Positions 21,221-30,261 of a stretch of 64,000 bases of DNA are shown here, in pieces. Position 1 is the first letter of the stretch; every line of letters begins with the position of its first letter. Made by a program: the position numbers and the translations under genes. Under the pieces are notes generated by a model. The model worked only from the letters and a program-made list of their open reading frames with translations, was not told where the DNA came from and made no database searches. The stretch comes from Clostridia bacterium (GTDB lineage: Bacteria > Bacillota > Clostridia > Christensenellales > UBA3700), in NCBI GenBank assembly GCA_029060065.1, contig JAIDUT010000058.1:242-64241 (forward strand), in the 5' to 3' direction.

Positions 21221-21810
21221 AAGCTGTACTGGCAAGTAACAACAAGCACAAACTTATAGAAATCAAAGCTATGCTATCGGGCAAGTTTGAAGATATTCTC
21301 ACTCTCAAAGACCTCGGCATAGAAATAGAGATTGAAGAAAACGGCGCGACCTTTGAAGAAAACGCGTACATAAAGGCAAGTACGATCGCCAAAATGACGG
21401 GTATGCCTGCCATTGGCGACGACAGCGGAATTTGCGTACTCGCTCTAAACGGCGAACCAAATATCTACTCTGCCCGTTACGCAGGCGAACCTTGTAACGA
21501 TAGAAACAATAACCAGAAATTACTCTCTAAGCTCCATGCCTTAGAAAGCGACGGTAAAAGCGTCGATAGAACGGCGTATTTCCAAAGCGTGGTGGTACTG
21601 TGCTACCCCGACGGCAGTTACGTCAGCGGAAGCGGAAGAACGTACGGCAAAATTATCGACGAATACAGAGGCTCCAACGGCTTTGGCTACGACCCGTTGT
21701 TCTTGAGCGATGAACTGGGCAAGACTTTCGGCGAAGCGGTAATGGAAGAAAAGAATACCATTTCTCACCGCTCACGCGCGCTTAAAGATTTGCTTGAAAA
21801 AATCGTTTGA
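21217..21810 (+). CDS. rdgB: dITP/XTP pyrophosphatase (RdgB/HAM1 family)
   Basis: LASNNKHKLIEI, FGYDPLF and ISHRSRA are family motifs. Confidence 0.92.
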   Translation: MKAVLASNNKHKLIEIKAMLSGKFEDILTLKDLGIEIEIEENGATFEENAYIKASTIAKMTGMPAIGDDSGICVLALNGEPNIYSARYAGEPCNDRNNNQKLLSKLHALESDGKSVDRTAYFQSVVVLCYPDGSYVSGSGRTYGKIIDEYRGSNGFGYDPLFLSDELGKTFGEAVMEEKNTISHRSRALKDLLEKIV

Positions 21811-21842
21811 CATTATAAAATAAAAAGAGTAATTTTATAAAT

Positions 21843-22307
21843 ATGAAAAATATTATTGTTATTTCCGATACCCACGGAAGCATCCCCGACAACCAAACAC
21901 TATGGGAAGCCTTTGATAACGCAGACTTTATATTTCATCTCGGCGACGGTAAGAACGAAATTGCCAAGCTAAAAGAAATATACAAGGACAAGCTATACTA
22001 CGTCTACGGTAATTGCGACGCTATGTCGAGCGGACTTGAACAAGTCGTGGAAATCGAAGGCGTAAAATTCTTCCTGACGCACGGACACAACTATAAAGTT
22101 AAGTCGTCGGATATACTTCTGCAATTACGCGGTGAGGAACTTGGAGCAGACTGTTGTCTTTACGGACACGCGCATATCCCCACTATTAACAAAATCGGTA
22201 ATATACAACTTATCAACCCGGGCTCGCTCAAGTACTCAAGGACGTATTGTTATATGAGCGTAATCAACGACAAGGTACTTGCCAAAATCGTAGAGTTAAG
22301 AAGTTGA
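21843..22307 (+). CDS. YfcE/MJ0936-family metallophosphoesterase
   Basis: It carries the calcineurin-like motifs ISDTHG, LGDG, THGH and GHAH. Confidence 0.85.
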   Translation: MKNIIVISDTHGSIPDNQTLWEAFDNADFIFHLGDGKNEIAKLKEIYKDKLYYVYGNCDAMSSGLEQVVEIEGVKFFLTHGHNYKVKSSDILLQLRGEELGADCCLYGHAHIPTINKIGNIQLINPGSLKYSRTYCYMSVINDKVLAKIVELRS

Positions 22308-22345
22308 GGAAAAGAAGAAATAAATTTTAAGGTGAAATATATAAA

Positions 22346-24169
22346 ATGAAAAGACAAGATTTGAGAAACATTGCAATCATTGCGCACGTAGACCACGGCA
22401 AGACGACTATGGTAGACCAACTACTCCGTCAAAACGGAGTTTTCCGCTCCAACGAAGCCGTCGTAGACAGAGTTATGGACAACGGCGATATTGAAAGAGA
22501 ACGCGGAATCACCATACTTGCCAAGAATACCGCCGTACACTACAAGGGCGTAAAGATAAACATTATCGACACCCCCGGACACGCAGACTTCGGCGGTGAA
22601 GTCGAGCGTATACTCTCTATGGTTGACGGCGTACTGCTCCTCGTCGACGCAGTAGAAGGCTGTATGCCACAGACGAGATACGTACTAAAAAAAGCTTTAG
22701 GTCTAAACAAAAAAGCCGTAGTAGTTATCAACAAAGTTGACAGAGGCGGTGACCCGAATCAAGTTATCGACCAGCTTATCGACTTGTTTATCGAACTTGG
22801 CGCCAACGATGACCAACTTGATTTCGTTACCGTTATGGCAAGCGCAAAGCAAGGCTGGGCAAGTCTTAAGGTAGGCGAAGTAGGAAAAGATATGACTCCC
22901 CTTCTTGATACCATTATCGAACAGATACCATGTCCCGAGGGCGATACCGAAGACGGCTTACAAGCAATCATTTGCAATATAGACTATGACGAATACGTGG
23001 GAAGAATCGGCATAGGTAGAATTGTAAGAGGTACGATAAAGAACGGACAGCAGGCAATAATTTGCCACGCCGATGGCACCAACCACCAAGCTAAGATAGC
23101 AAAGCTGTATCAATTCGAGGGTTTGAAGAGAGTTGAGTGCGAAAGCGGTAGCGTGGGCGACATCGTGGCAATAAGCGGTGTGGACAACCTCAATATCGGC
23201 GAAACGATATGCGACCTTAACAAAGTAGAGCCACTCCCCTTCGTCAAAATCGATGAACCTACTCTATCGATGCTCTTTATGGTCAACAACTCGCCTTTCG
23301 CAGGCAAGGAAGGCAAATACGTCACCTCAAGACACTTGAGAGCAAGACTTTTCAAAGAAGTGGAAACCAACGTATCAATGCGCGTTGAGGAAACCGATTC
23401 CGCAGACAGCTTCAAGGTATTCGGCAGAGGCGAGCTTCACCTCTCTATCCTCATAGAAACGATGCGCAGAGAGGGCTATGAATTTGCAGTATCCCGTCCT
23501 AAAGTAATTTATAAGACTATCGACGGAGTACTCTGCGAGCCTATGGAAGAACTCGTCGTTGACGTACCCGAAGAATACGTAGGCGCGGTTATGAATAAAA
23601 TCGGCGCAAGAAAGGGCGACCTGAAGAATATGACACCAGATGAGCGAGGCGGTACTAAACTGGAATTTGAAATACCGTCAAGATGCCTTATCGGCTACAG
23701 AAGCGAAATGCTGACGGACACCAGAGGTTTCGGCGTAATGAACCACGTACTCAAAGGATACGAGCCATATAAGGGCGAAGTTCAAGAACGCAACAGAGGT
23801 TCTCTTGTCGCTTGGGAAGACGGCGTAACCACTTCATACGGACTATTCAACGCGCAAGAACGCGGTAATCTTTTCATTGGCGCAGGCGTAAACGTATATG
23901 AAGGAATGATAGTCGGCGTCAATTCGCGCGAAGAAGATATGGTTGTCAACGTCTGCAAGAAAAAGCAACTCACCAACAACCGCGCAAGCGGAAGCGAAGA
24001 AGCGCTCAAGCTAATTACCCCGACGGTTATGTCGCTAGAACAGTGCCTTGAGTTTATAGCCGACGATGAACTTGTCGAAGTAACGCCCAAAAGCATAAGA
24101 TTGCGTAAGACTATACTCTCTAAAGACTTGAGATTAAAGCATGAAGCAAAACTCAAAAAGAATATGTAA
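22346..24169 (+). CDS. typA: Translational GTPase TypA/BipA
   Basis: [24 protein letters not shown] and NKVD are the GTPase motifs. The length is 607 aa. Confidence 0.97.
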   Translation: MKRQDLRNIAIIAHVDHGKTTMVDQLLRQNGVFRSNEAVVDRVMDNGDIERERGITILAKNTAVHYKGVKINIIDTPGHADFGGEVERILSMVDGVLLLVDAVEGCMPQTRYVLKKALGLNKKAVVVINKVDRGGDPNQVIDQLIDLFIELGANDDQLDFVTVMASAKQGWASLKVGEVGKDMTPLLDTIIEQIPCPEGDTEDGLQAIICNIDYDEYVGRIGIGRIVRGTIKNGQQAIICHADGTNHQAKIAKLYQFEGLKRVECESGSVGDIVAISGVDNLNIGETICDLNKVEPLPFVKIDEPTLSMLFMVNNSPFAGKEGKYVTSRHLRARLFKEVETNVSMRVEETDSADSFKVFGRGELHLSILIETMRREGYEFAVSRPKVIYKTIDGVLCEPMEELVVDVPEEYVGAVMNKIGARKGDLKNMTPDERGGTKLEFEIPSRCLIGYRSEMLTDTRGFGVMNHVLKGYEPYKGEVQERNRGSLVAWEDGVTTSYGLFNAQERGNLFIGAGVNVYEGMIVGVNSREEDMVVNVCKKKQLTNNRASGSEEALKLITPTVMSLEQCLEFIADDELVEVTPKSIRLRKTILSKDLRLKHEAKLKKNM

Positions 24170-24191
24170 TGCATTGCTTATTATAAAACTA

Positions 24192-24220
24192 ACAGCGAAA
24201 AATACTTTCGCTGTTTTTTA
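24192..24220 (+). terminator. Rho-independent terminator after typA
   Basis: The sequence is ACAGCGAAAAATACTTTCGCTGT followed by T6. Confidence 0.8.
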
Positions 24221-24335
24221 TTATATTAATAAATAATTCTGTAAAATCTACATGATACATGTAAAATACGCTCTAATACTATATTGTCTTTTCCCCATCT
24301 CCATCGGTATAATAAATACGTAAGGAGGAATGAGC

Positions 24336-25214
24336 ATGGAAAATGTTAAGAAAGAAGATTTGGTTTTATACGATGAAAAAAGTAACAATGTCGCAACGAT
24401 AAAAGGAGCGTTTGGCAGGTTCTCTATATTAGTTTTTACGTTTGCGCTTTGTGGCTTAATGATTTTAATAATCTCTATTAACGATATCGCCAATCAATAT
24501 ATCAATAAAGGAGTTTGCGACAACTATGGTATATTGATATACGCTATAGTACTTCTTGCTGTGGTAGCGATAGTTGCAATAATGAGAATTATTATGCTCA
24601 AAGACCCCAATTTATACTTTGTGGGCAACGACATGTATATAAAAGAAAGAAAAAATCACTATCTGAAAATTTCACCGCAAGAACTTGACGAATGTGGGTT
24701 GATGCCCTATACTTCTCAAAACTTTGTAGGAGCAAGAAAGACTTCAAAAGGATATTCTTCCTGCTCATATTGGGGATACGTAAATCTTGTCGTCAATGAC
24801 AATACATATAAAGTAAGTTGTTCGTCTTTGAAAAAAGCAAAACATTATATCGATGGCTTTATGAACGGCATATCCGTTAGAGAGAATAACTTTAACGGTG
24901 ACCCACTCAGAACACTGAATATTCGCACACTTGCAATTACTGTAATTATTACCAGTATAATAGCAACTTTTTGCTATTTGATGCTAGACAGCGCAAACAT
25001 GGTCATTAGAATAATATCAACAATTTTATTTGTCGGCTCATTCTTGACAGCAATTATTCTTTTTATTAAATACTTGTCTAAAATCAAGAGTATTAGAGAA
25101 TTAGAATTGCAATACTTCAATGACTTCGTAGCAAATCAGCCTGTCAAATACAATAAGTCTGCCGGGTATGAAGCCGAGCAAGTCGATGTATTCAAAGAAT
25201 CCGACAGCAATTAA
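24336..25214 (+). CDS. Hypothetical multi-TM membrane protein, paralog A
   Basis: An AAGGAGG RBS sits 7 nt before the ATG at 24336. It shares MENVKKEDLVLYDEKSNNVATIKGAFG and YKVSCSSLKKAKHYIDGF with the 26504 paralog. Confidence 0.75.
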   Translation: MENVKKEDLVLYDEKSNNVATIKGAFGRFSILVFTFALCGLMILIISINDIANQYINKGVCDNYGILIYAIVLLAVVAIVAIMRIIMLKDPNLYFVGNDMYIKERKNHYLKISPQELDECGLMPYTSQNFVGARKTSKGYSSCSYWGYVNLVVNDNTYKVSCSSLKKAKHYIDGFMNGISVRENNFNGDPLRTLNIRTLAITVIITSIIATFCYLMLDSANMVIRIISTILFVGSFLTAIILFIKYLSKIKSIRELELQYFNDFVANQPVKYNKSAGYEAEQVDVFKESDSN

Positions 25215-25256
25215 TTAGACTTTTTCTTATACATACATAACCCCCTAATGCAAGAA

Positions 25257-25279
25257 GTCGACCGCAAGGTCGGCTTTTT
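25257..25279 (+). terminator. Rho-independent terminator inside the conserved 3' block
   Basis: The sequence is GTCGACCGCAAGGTCGGC followed by T5. Confidence 0.7.
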
Positions 25280-25284
25280 GCATA

Positions 25285-26334
25285 TTAGTTCCTATTAAAT
25301 CCCTTCTCCTTAAACTTACTCGACATAATAGACACCAAATGCCACTGCCTTTTCATATAGTCCAATAAATCAGTTGTGTTTTGTTTGTACGTCGGCAATA
25401 TCTTTTGGCTGTCATTGAAATTATCTATTATCGCCTTAGCGCAGTGATAACCGCTCTCCATACCGCAAGATATACCCTCGCCCATTGGATTGAGAAAACC
25501 TGCGACTTCGCCTGCAAATATAACTCTGTCTATGCCGTAATTTATATTATAGTCGGGGCTTACGCGCGGCATTATCCACTTTTCTTCCTTTACTTTCTTA
25601 TCAATTACCAAGTCGTGTTTTTCTTGCATATATTTTATAAAGTTTTTGTTGTATTCTTTAATTTTGCTTTTATCCTCTACTGCAACTCCCAAAACAAGCA
25701 TGCCGTCTTTGACGTTAAACCAAGCGTCGTATTGCGAAAATTCAGGTTGAAGATAAGCGAAAAAATAATGCGGGTCTAGATTTATATTACCTTCGTAAAA
25801 CGCCTGATAAGTAATAATATAATCTTTATTGCAATTTAGCAAACTTCGTTTTATAGTTCCGACCGCGCCCTCGCAATCAATGAGATACTTCGCTCTCTTT
25901 TTGCCGACGCTTCTATCTGAAAAAGTAACTTCCACGCAACCTTTTAAGTTTTGGCAACAACTTACGCTTACTCCGTCAATAAACTCTGCTCCTTTCTCCA
26001 CCGCTATTTCCAAAAGAAAGTTATCGAATCCGCTTCGCCATACGTTGTATCCTCGTTGCTCGAATTTATATTCCTTACCCTCATCGTTGACGAACACCAT
26101 TCCGTAATTGTCATACGGCGTACACTTTACTCTATCGGGAATATCTGCATGAAAATACTCTTTGACAAGCCCCGCCGTCTTGGCAATTATCATGCCTGAA
26201 CAAGACTTGTATCTTGGCAACTTGCACTTCTCAACTACCAATACTGAAAAGCCGTTTTCCGCCAAAATTTTTGCGCAAGTTGCGCCGGTCGGTCCTGCGC
26301 CGACAACGATAATATCGTAAGCATCTTTATTCAT
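25285..26334 (-). CDS. FAD-dependent oxidoreductase, geranylgeranyl-reductase family
   Basis: YDIIVVGAGPTGATCAKILAENG..VLVVEK is a GxGxxG FAD fold. The length is 349 aa. Confidence 0.8.
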   Translation of the reverse strand: MNKDAYDIIVVGAGPTGATCAKILAENGFSVLVVEKCKLPRYKSCSGMIIAKTAGLVKEYFHADIPDRVKCTPYDNYGMVFVNDEGKEYKFEQRGYNVWRSGFDNFLLEIAVEKGAEFIDGVSVSCCQNLKGCVEVTFSDRSVGKKRAKYLIDCEGAVGTIKRSLLNCNKDYIITYQAFYEGNINLDPHYFFAYLQPEFSQYDAWFNVKDGMLVLGVAVEDKSKIKEYNKNFIKYMQEKHDLVIDKKVKEEKWIMPRVSPDYNINYGIDRVIFAGEVAGFLNPMGEGISCGMESGYHCAKAIIDNFNDSQKILPTYKQNTTDLLDYMKRQWHLVSIMSSKFKEKGFNRN

Positions 26335-26503
26335 ACTCTTATATTATCAAAAATAATACGCAAATGCAACGCAATAGGCAAATTGCAGATAAATAACTAC
26401 TTATAATCATGTAAAACCTACATAGTTTAAGTAAAACTTTCTTAAAAACAATATTGTCTTTAACCAATCTAAATTGGTATAATAAATATGTAAGGAAATA
26501 AGT

Positions 26504-27346
26504 ATGGAAAGAGTTAAAAAAGAAGATTTGGTTTTATACGATGAAAAAAGTAACAACGTCGCTACGATAAAGGGCGCGTTCGGCATGCTGTCGTACATAC
26601 TTGCAATAATCATAATATTTGCAAATGTTATTATGTTTCTATTTCTAAATGTTTTAATTAACAGTTATATAAGCAATAGCAATAGCAAAAATTGGGGCGC
26701 GCCAATTTCATGTTTCATTATTATTATTGTTACATTAGCAGTGATATTAACGCGACTGCAATTACTTAAAACGCCTAAAATGTACTTCATAGGCAAAGAT
26801 TTATATATTAAAGAAAGTAAAGATTTTTACTCAAAAGTTTTTCCGGAAGAACTCGAAGGATATAGCTGGGAAACATATAGCGATACAATGGGCGCGGCTT
26901 CAATATCGCGCGCCTATTGGGGCAAGATAAGTCTAATGATAAACGGAAAAAAATATACATTAAGTTGCTCGTCTTTGAAAAAAACAAAGCACTATATTGA
27001 CGGCTTCAAAAAAGGCTTATCAGTCGAAGAAAATTTGTTTGACGGCGACCAATACCAGTCCCACACGAGAAAAACAATATTGCCTTTACTTGTTTGGGGA
27101 GTTGTTGCTATAAGTTCGTTTACTACAATGTTCTTAAGTATGAGCAATATCCTTTCAACAATATCTGTAATAGTATTCAGCTTATCGTGTGTTATGCTTT
27201 TGGTTATCATTATTTACGCAATTGTTAAAGGAAAAAATATTGCGAAAATTTTAGATGATAATTATATTACATTCGTCTTAAAAAAAACAGTAAATTTTAG
27301 CAACGAAGACGAAAGTGACGATATATCCAAAAACGATTGTAATTAG
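26504..27346 (+). CDS. Hypothetical multi-TM membrane protein, paralog B
   Basis: MERVKKEDLVLYDEKSNNVATIKGAFG and YTLSCSSLKKTKHYIDGF are shared with paralog A. Confidence 0.75.
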   Translation: MERVKKEDLVLYDEKSNNVATIKGAFGMLSYILAIIIIFANVIMFLFLNVLINSYISNSNSKNWGAPISCFIIIIVTLAVILTRLQLLKTPKMYFIGKDLYIKESKDFYSKVFPEELEGYSWETYSDTMGAASISRAYWGKISLMINGKKYTLSCSSLKKTKHYIDGFKKGLSVEENLFDGDQYQSHTRKTILPLLVWGVVAISSFTTMFLSMSNILSTISVIVFSLSCVMLLVIIIYAIVKGKNIAKILDDNYITFVLKKTVNFSNEDESDDISKNDCN

Positions 27347-27388
27347 TTAGACTTTTTCTTCTACATACATGACCCCCTAATGCAAGAA

Positions 27389-27411
27389 GTCGACCGTAAG
27401 GTCGGCTTTTT
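27389..27411 (+). terminator. Rho-independent terminator (copy of the one at 25257)
   Basis: The sequence is GTCGACCGTAAGGTCGGC followed by T5. Confidence 0.7.
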
Positions 27412-27508
27412 GCATATGAATATTATTGTTTTGAAAAATTTCTAGAGATAATTACAAAAAAAACTAAATCTTAATTGTGCGCTGATTTCTAATACTTGTT
27501 AAATGACT

Positions 27509-28012
27509 TTATCTCTTGTTGATAAACTCAAGTATGACGTCTACTGCGTTTTCTACTCCGATTGAGCCGTCTACAGTCAAGTCATAGTTGCTTGATTCGC
27601 CCCACTTGCTACCTGTGATAAGCTCATAGTATTTTGCTCTGCGTTTATCAGACTTTAATGCAAACTCCTCTGCTTTTTCTTTGCTGTCGCCGTACTTGAG
27701 CATTATACGCTCTACGCGATATTCCAAAGGCGCGTGGATAAATACTCTAAGAGGTTTATACTCCGCAAGCACTTTATCCGACGCTCTGCCGACGATTACG
27801 CAAGAGCCTTTCTCGGCAATACTCTTAAGTACTTTTTCTTGCGCAATTCTAGCTTGGTCGGTCGGGTCAAGACCTATATACAAAGTTTCTATCTTTTGCA
27901 ATTTACCGTCCTCGATGTCTCTAACGTATTCACTTGACAGTCCGCTCTCTTGCGCGGTAAGCAACGTCAAGTCTTTGTTATAATACGGAACACCCAATTT
28001 CTCGGCAAGCAA
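27509..28012 (-). CDS. Cytidylate-kinase-like family protein; coordinates run from the first canonical start, and the conserved N-terminus lies further upstream (to ~28069)
   Basis: LAEKLGVPYYNKDL fits the family. The in-frame upstream sequence encodes GVIVTLARQHGASGREIGK, the family's N-terminal nucleotide-binding-like motif, but there is no ATG, GTG or TTG between the in-frame stop (28130-28132) and the TTG at 28012. Confidence 0.7.
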   Translation of the reverse strand: MLAEKLGVPYYNKDLTLLTAQESGLSSEYVRDIEDGKLQKIETLYIGLDPTDQARIAQEKVLKSIAEKGSCVIVGRASDKVLAEYKPLRVFIHAPLEYRVERIMLKYGDSKEKAEEFALKSDKRRAKYYELITGSKWGESSNYDLTVDGSIGVENAVDVILEFINKR

Positions 28013-28046
28013 TTTGCCTATTTCTCTACCGGAAGCTCCATGCTGT

Positions 28047-29501
28047 CTAGCCAGCGTTACGATAACGCCTTGTTGCGACTCTCGAATTTGCGCCGTGTCT
28101 TCTACTTGAACTTCTTTTGCCTTTTTTGTTCATTACTCTTAGCGCGTGCAACGTCAATACTAATGCAAGTACAACACCGACTGTATCGGATATCGGCGCC
28201 GACCACAAAAGCGCATCAATACCGCCGAATTTAGCCATGATTATCGAAAGAGGAACTAGTATTATTACGTCTCTCATCATAGATATAATCGTAGCCTTGA
28301 TTGGCGAACCGATTGCTTGGAAGAATATTGCCAAGTTCTTGACTATACAAGTAAAGAGTATAAATCCGAGATATATTCTAAAAGTAAGGCAAGTAAATTC
28401 CTTGTATATAACAGGGTCTACTCCCTCGCCACCGTTGCCGAATATAAGCAAGAAAACTTGAGGTACCGCTTCGAATATAATAGTGGCAATTACGCCGACT
28501 ACTACCGTAGCTATCATCATATACAGCAAGGCTTTCTTTACGCGGTCGTACTTCTTTGCGCCGTAGTTGTAACCTATGACGGGTTGAGCGCCCGAGGCTA
28601 TACCTATAGCGACCGATACAACTATACCGAATACTTTGAATGCTAAAGTAATTACGCCTTGCGTGATAGCCGTATCGTATCCGCTACTAGCGCTGTACTT
28701 AAACAAAAGTATATTGTTGACAATGGATATGATTACTATTGCAAGCTGAGTCAATAGTGACGATATACCAAACTTCAGAATGCTTCCTATAGCTTTTGAC
28801 GGAATAAAATCCGCAATTTTCAACTTAAACGTCTTTGATTTGAACAGGTACGCAACGTGCAAAACGAAAGTAATCAACTGTCCGAGGAAAGTCGCCAATG
28901 CAGCTCCGGTCATGCCCATTTTGAAGCCAAAGATGAAGAGCGGGTCAAGGGCAATATTTATTATAGCGCCTATTGCCATAGCAAGCATAGCGAACTTTGG
29001 ACTGCCGTCGGCTCTAACTATAGGATTGAGTACGCAAGCCAATGTAAAGAACAAGAAACCGCCGATAATAAAGTTGGCGTATTCGCTTGACTTGTCCAAG
29101 ATATCGCCTTGCGCGCCGATTGCGACCAAGATTTTATCCTTTAAGCAAAAGCACATTATCATAAAAACTATACTTGCTATAGTTCCGTAAAACAATGCGG
29201 TGCCTACGCTCTTTGCCGTACCTTTGGTGTTGCCCTGTCCTTGATTAAGACTCATACACGCCGCGCAACCGTCGCCTATCCAAAGACCGATACCCAACGC
29301 TATTACAGTAAGCGGATATACGATACCCGTTGCGGCATTACCAGTCGCGCCCAAAGTAGCGCAGTTGCCGATATAAATTTGGTCAACCAAATTGTAAAGA
29401 GATTGGATTATCAAACTCAATACGCAAGGAATGGCAAACATTTTCATCAACTTGCCGACTTTCTCAACGCCTAAAAAATTATTCTTGGCTGTGTCTTCCA
29501 T
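28047..29501 (-). CDS. MATE-family multidrug/toxin efflux transporter
   Basis: It has 12 predicted TM helices and a typical MATE N-terminus (FAIPCVLSLIIQSLYNLVDQIYIG). The last ~25 aa (RSSSRRHGANSRVATRRYRNAG) look like out-of-frame read-through of the next gene. Confidence 0.9.
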   Translation of the reverse strand: MEDTAKNNFLGVEKVGKLMKMFAIPCVLSLIIQSLYNLVDQIYIGNCATLGATGNAATGIVYPLTVIALGIGLWIGDGCAACMSLNQGQGNTKGTAKSVGTALFYGTIASIVFMIMCFCLKDKILVAIGAQGDILDKSSEYANFIIGGFLFFTLACVLNPIVRADGSPKFAMLAMAIGAIINIALDPLFIFGFKMGMTGAALATFLGQLITFVLHVAYLFKSKTFKLKIADFIPSKAIGSILKFGISSLLTQLAIVIISIVNNILLFKYSASSGYDTAITQGVITLAFKVFGIVVSVAIGIASGAQPVIGYNYGAKKYDRVKKALLYMMIATVVVGVIATIIFEAVPQVFLLIFGNGGEGVDPVIYKEFTCLTFRIYLGFILFTCIVKNLAIFFQAIGSPIKATIISMMRDVIILVPLSIIMAKFGGIDALLWSAPISDTVGVVLALVLTLHALRVMNKKGKRSSSRRHGANSRVATRRYRNAG

Positions 29502-29505
29502 AAAT

Positions 29506-29542
29506 AAAAAAACCTCCGATAAGAACTTCGTCTTTGTCGGAG
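29506..29542 (-). promoter_or_regulatory. Terminator-like hairpin that sequesters the MATE Shine-Dalgarno sequence
   Basis: The minus strand reads CTCCGACAAAGACGAAGTTCTTATCGGAG, then G and T7, ending 4 nt before the ATG. The GGAGG RBS forms the 3' arm. Confidence 0.5.
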
Positions 29543-29576
29543 TAAAGAACGCCTGAAACCTTCGAAGAACATAAAA

Positions 29577-29608
29577 AGAGCGTAGAATTGTCGAAAATTC
29601 TACGCTCT
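29577..29608 (-). terminator. Strong Rho-independent terminator (13-bp perfect stem)
   Basis: The minus strand reads AGAGCGTAGAATT-TTCGAC-AATTCTACGCTCT followed by TTTTTAT. Confidence 0.8.
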
Positions 29609-29631
29609 ATAATTGCTGTTCGACGTTGATT

Positions 29632-29660
29632 ATTTTAACAAAATTAAATTTTTTTGTCAA
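29632..29660 (-). promoter_or_regulatory. Candidate sigma-A promoter upstream of the tandem hairpins and the MATE gene
   Basis: The minus strand reads TTGACA, a 17-nt spacer, then TAAAAT. It begins 28 nt after the stop of the upstream lipoprotein gene. Confidence 0.45.
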
Positions 29661-29687
29661 ACAAATTTCAACACGCTATTTCAAATT

Positions 29688-30197
29688 TTACTCAGCGTCG
29701 GTTTCTTCTCCGCTAACGGTTCCGCTACCGACTTCGCCGGAAGATACACCGATTCCCAAAGCGCTGTTGACTTTTTCTTTGTCAAATACCTCAGTATAAC
29801 CGTCAATCCAAACTTCGATTGAATAAAGAAATTTTTCTAGCCTTGACTCCGACGTCCATTGCTCGTAATTTTCTTCATCAAAATCACTTTTGTATCCAAT
29901 AAGAGAGTCGCCTACGTAAAATGCAACGTCATATACGTCATCGCCTGATTCGTCTGTTACTTTGAACGGAATTGCAACAAAGATATAAAGGTGCGTGGTA
30001 CCTTCGTCGTCTGTATAATACTTTTCATATCCGCATCTGCCGGCGATCTCAAAAGACTCGTCATTTATCTCGGCTCTCAATGCTTTTGCGCAATCAACTA
30101 CTTGGTCAAACGGGTCTTTGTTGGTGCAAGCCACACAACCGCAAATAACTGCAAGTAACATAACTACAACAATTAAACTTGTTAAAACCTTTTTCAT
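29688..30197 (-). CDS. Putative lipoprotein
   Basis: An AAGGAGAA RBS precedes the ATG at 30197. MKKVLTSLIVVVMLLAVICGCVAC is a signal peptide with a lipobox. The C-terminal tail is acidic. Confidence 0.7.
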   Translation of the reverse strand: MKKVLTSLIVVVMLLAVICGCVACTNKDPFDQVVDCAKALRAEINDESFEIAGRCGYEKYYTDDEGTTHLYIFVAIPFKVTDESGDDVYDVAFYVGDSLIGYKSDFDEENYEQWTSESRLEKFLYSIEVWIDGYTEVFDKEKVNSALGIGVSSGEVGSGTVSGEETDAE

Positions 30198-30261
30198 CTT
30201 GTTCTCCTTAGTTTTTAATTTTTTTATTATATTACCATATATATAATATATTGTCAACTAT

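Larger units (their letters stand above)
24281..25285 (+). repeat. Duplicated gene module, copy A (promoter/5' block, diverged body, 71-bp 3' block)
   Basis: The 5' block 24281-24416 and the 3' block 25215-25285 are near-identical to 26451-26584 and 27347-27417. The interior is strongly diverged. Confidence 0.85.
26451..27417 (+). repeat. Duplicated gene module, copy B
   Basis: See copy A. The shared blocks are GGTATAATAAATA, the first 27 codons, and a terminal 71 bp with only a few mismatches. Confidence 0.85.

Noticed and set aside
29501-29570. A 33-aa upstream ORF (MFFEGFRRSLLRQRRSSYRRFFYLWKTQPRIIF) in the MATE leader, considered as a leader peptide for ribosome-mediated attenuation.
   Set aside because: There is no Shine-Dalgarno upstream of its ATG, which lies in the T-run of hairpin 1. 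There is no evidence it is translated.
29506-29608. The two tandem hairpins upstream of the MATE gene, considered as a guanidine-II (mini-ykkC) riboswitch.
   Set aside because: That class needs conserved ACGR tetraloops closed by G-C pairs. The loops here are TTCGAC and GAA, and the stems are AT-rich.
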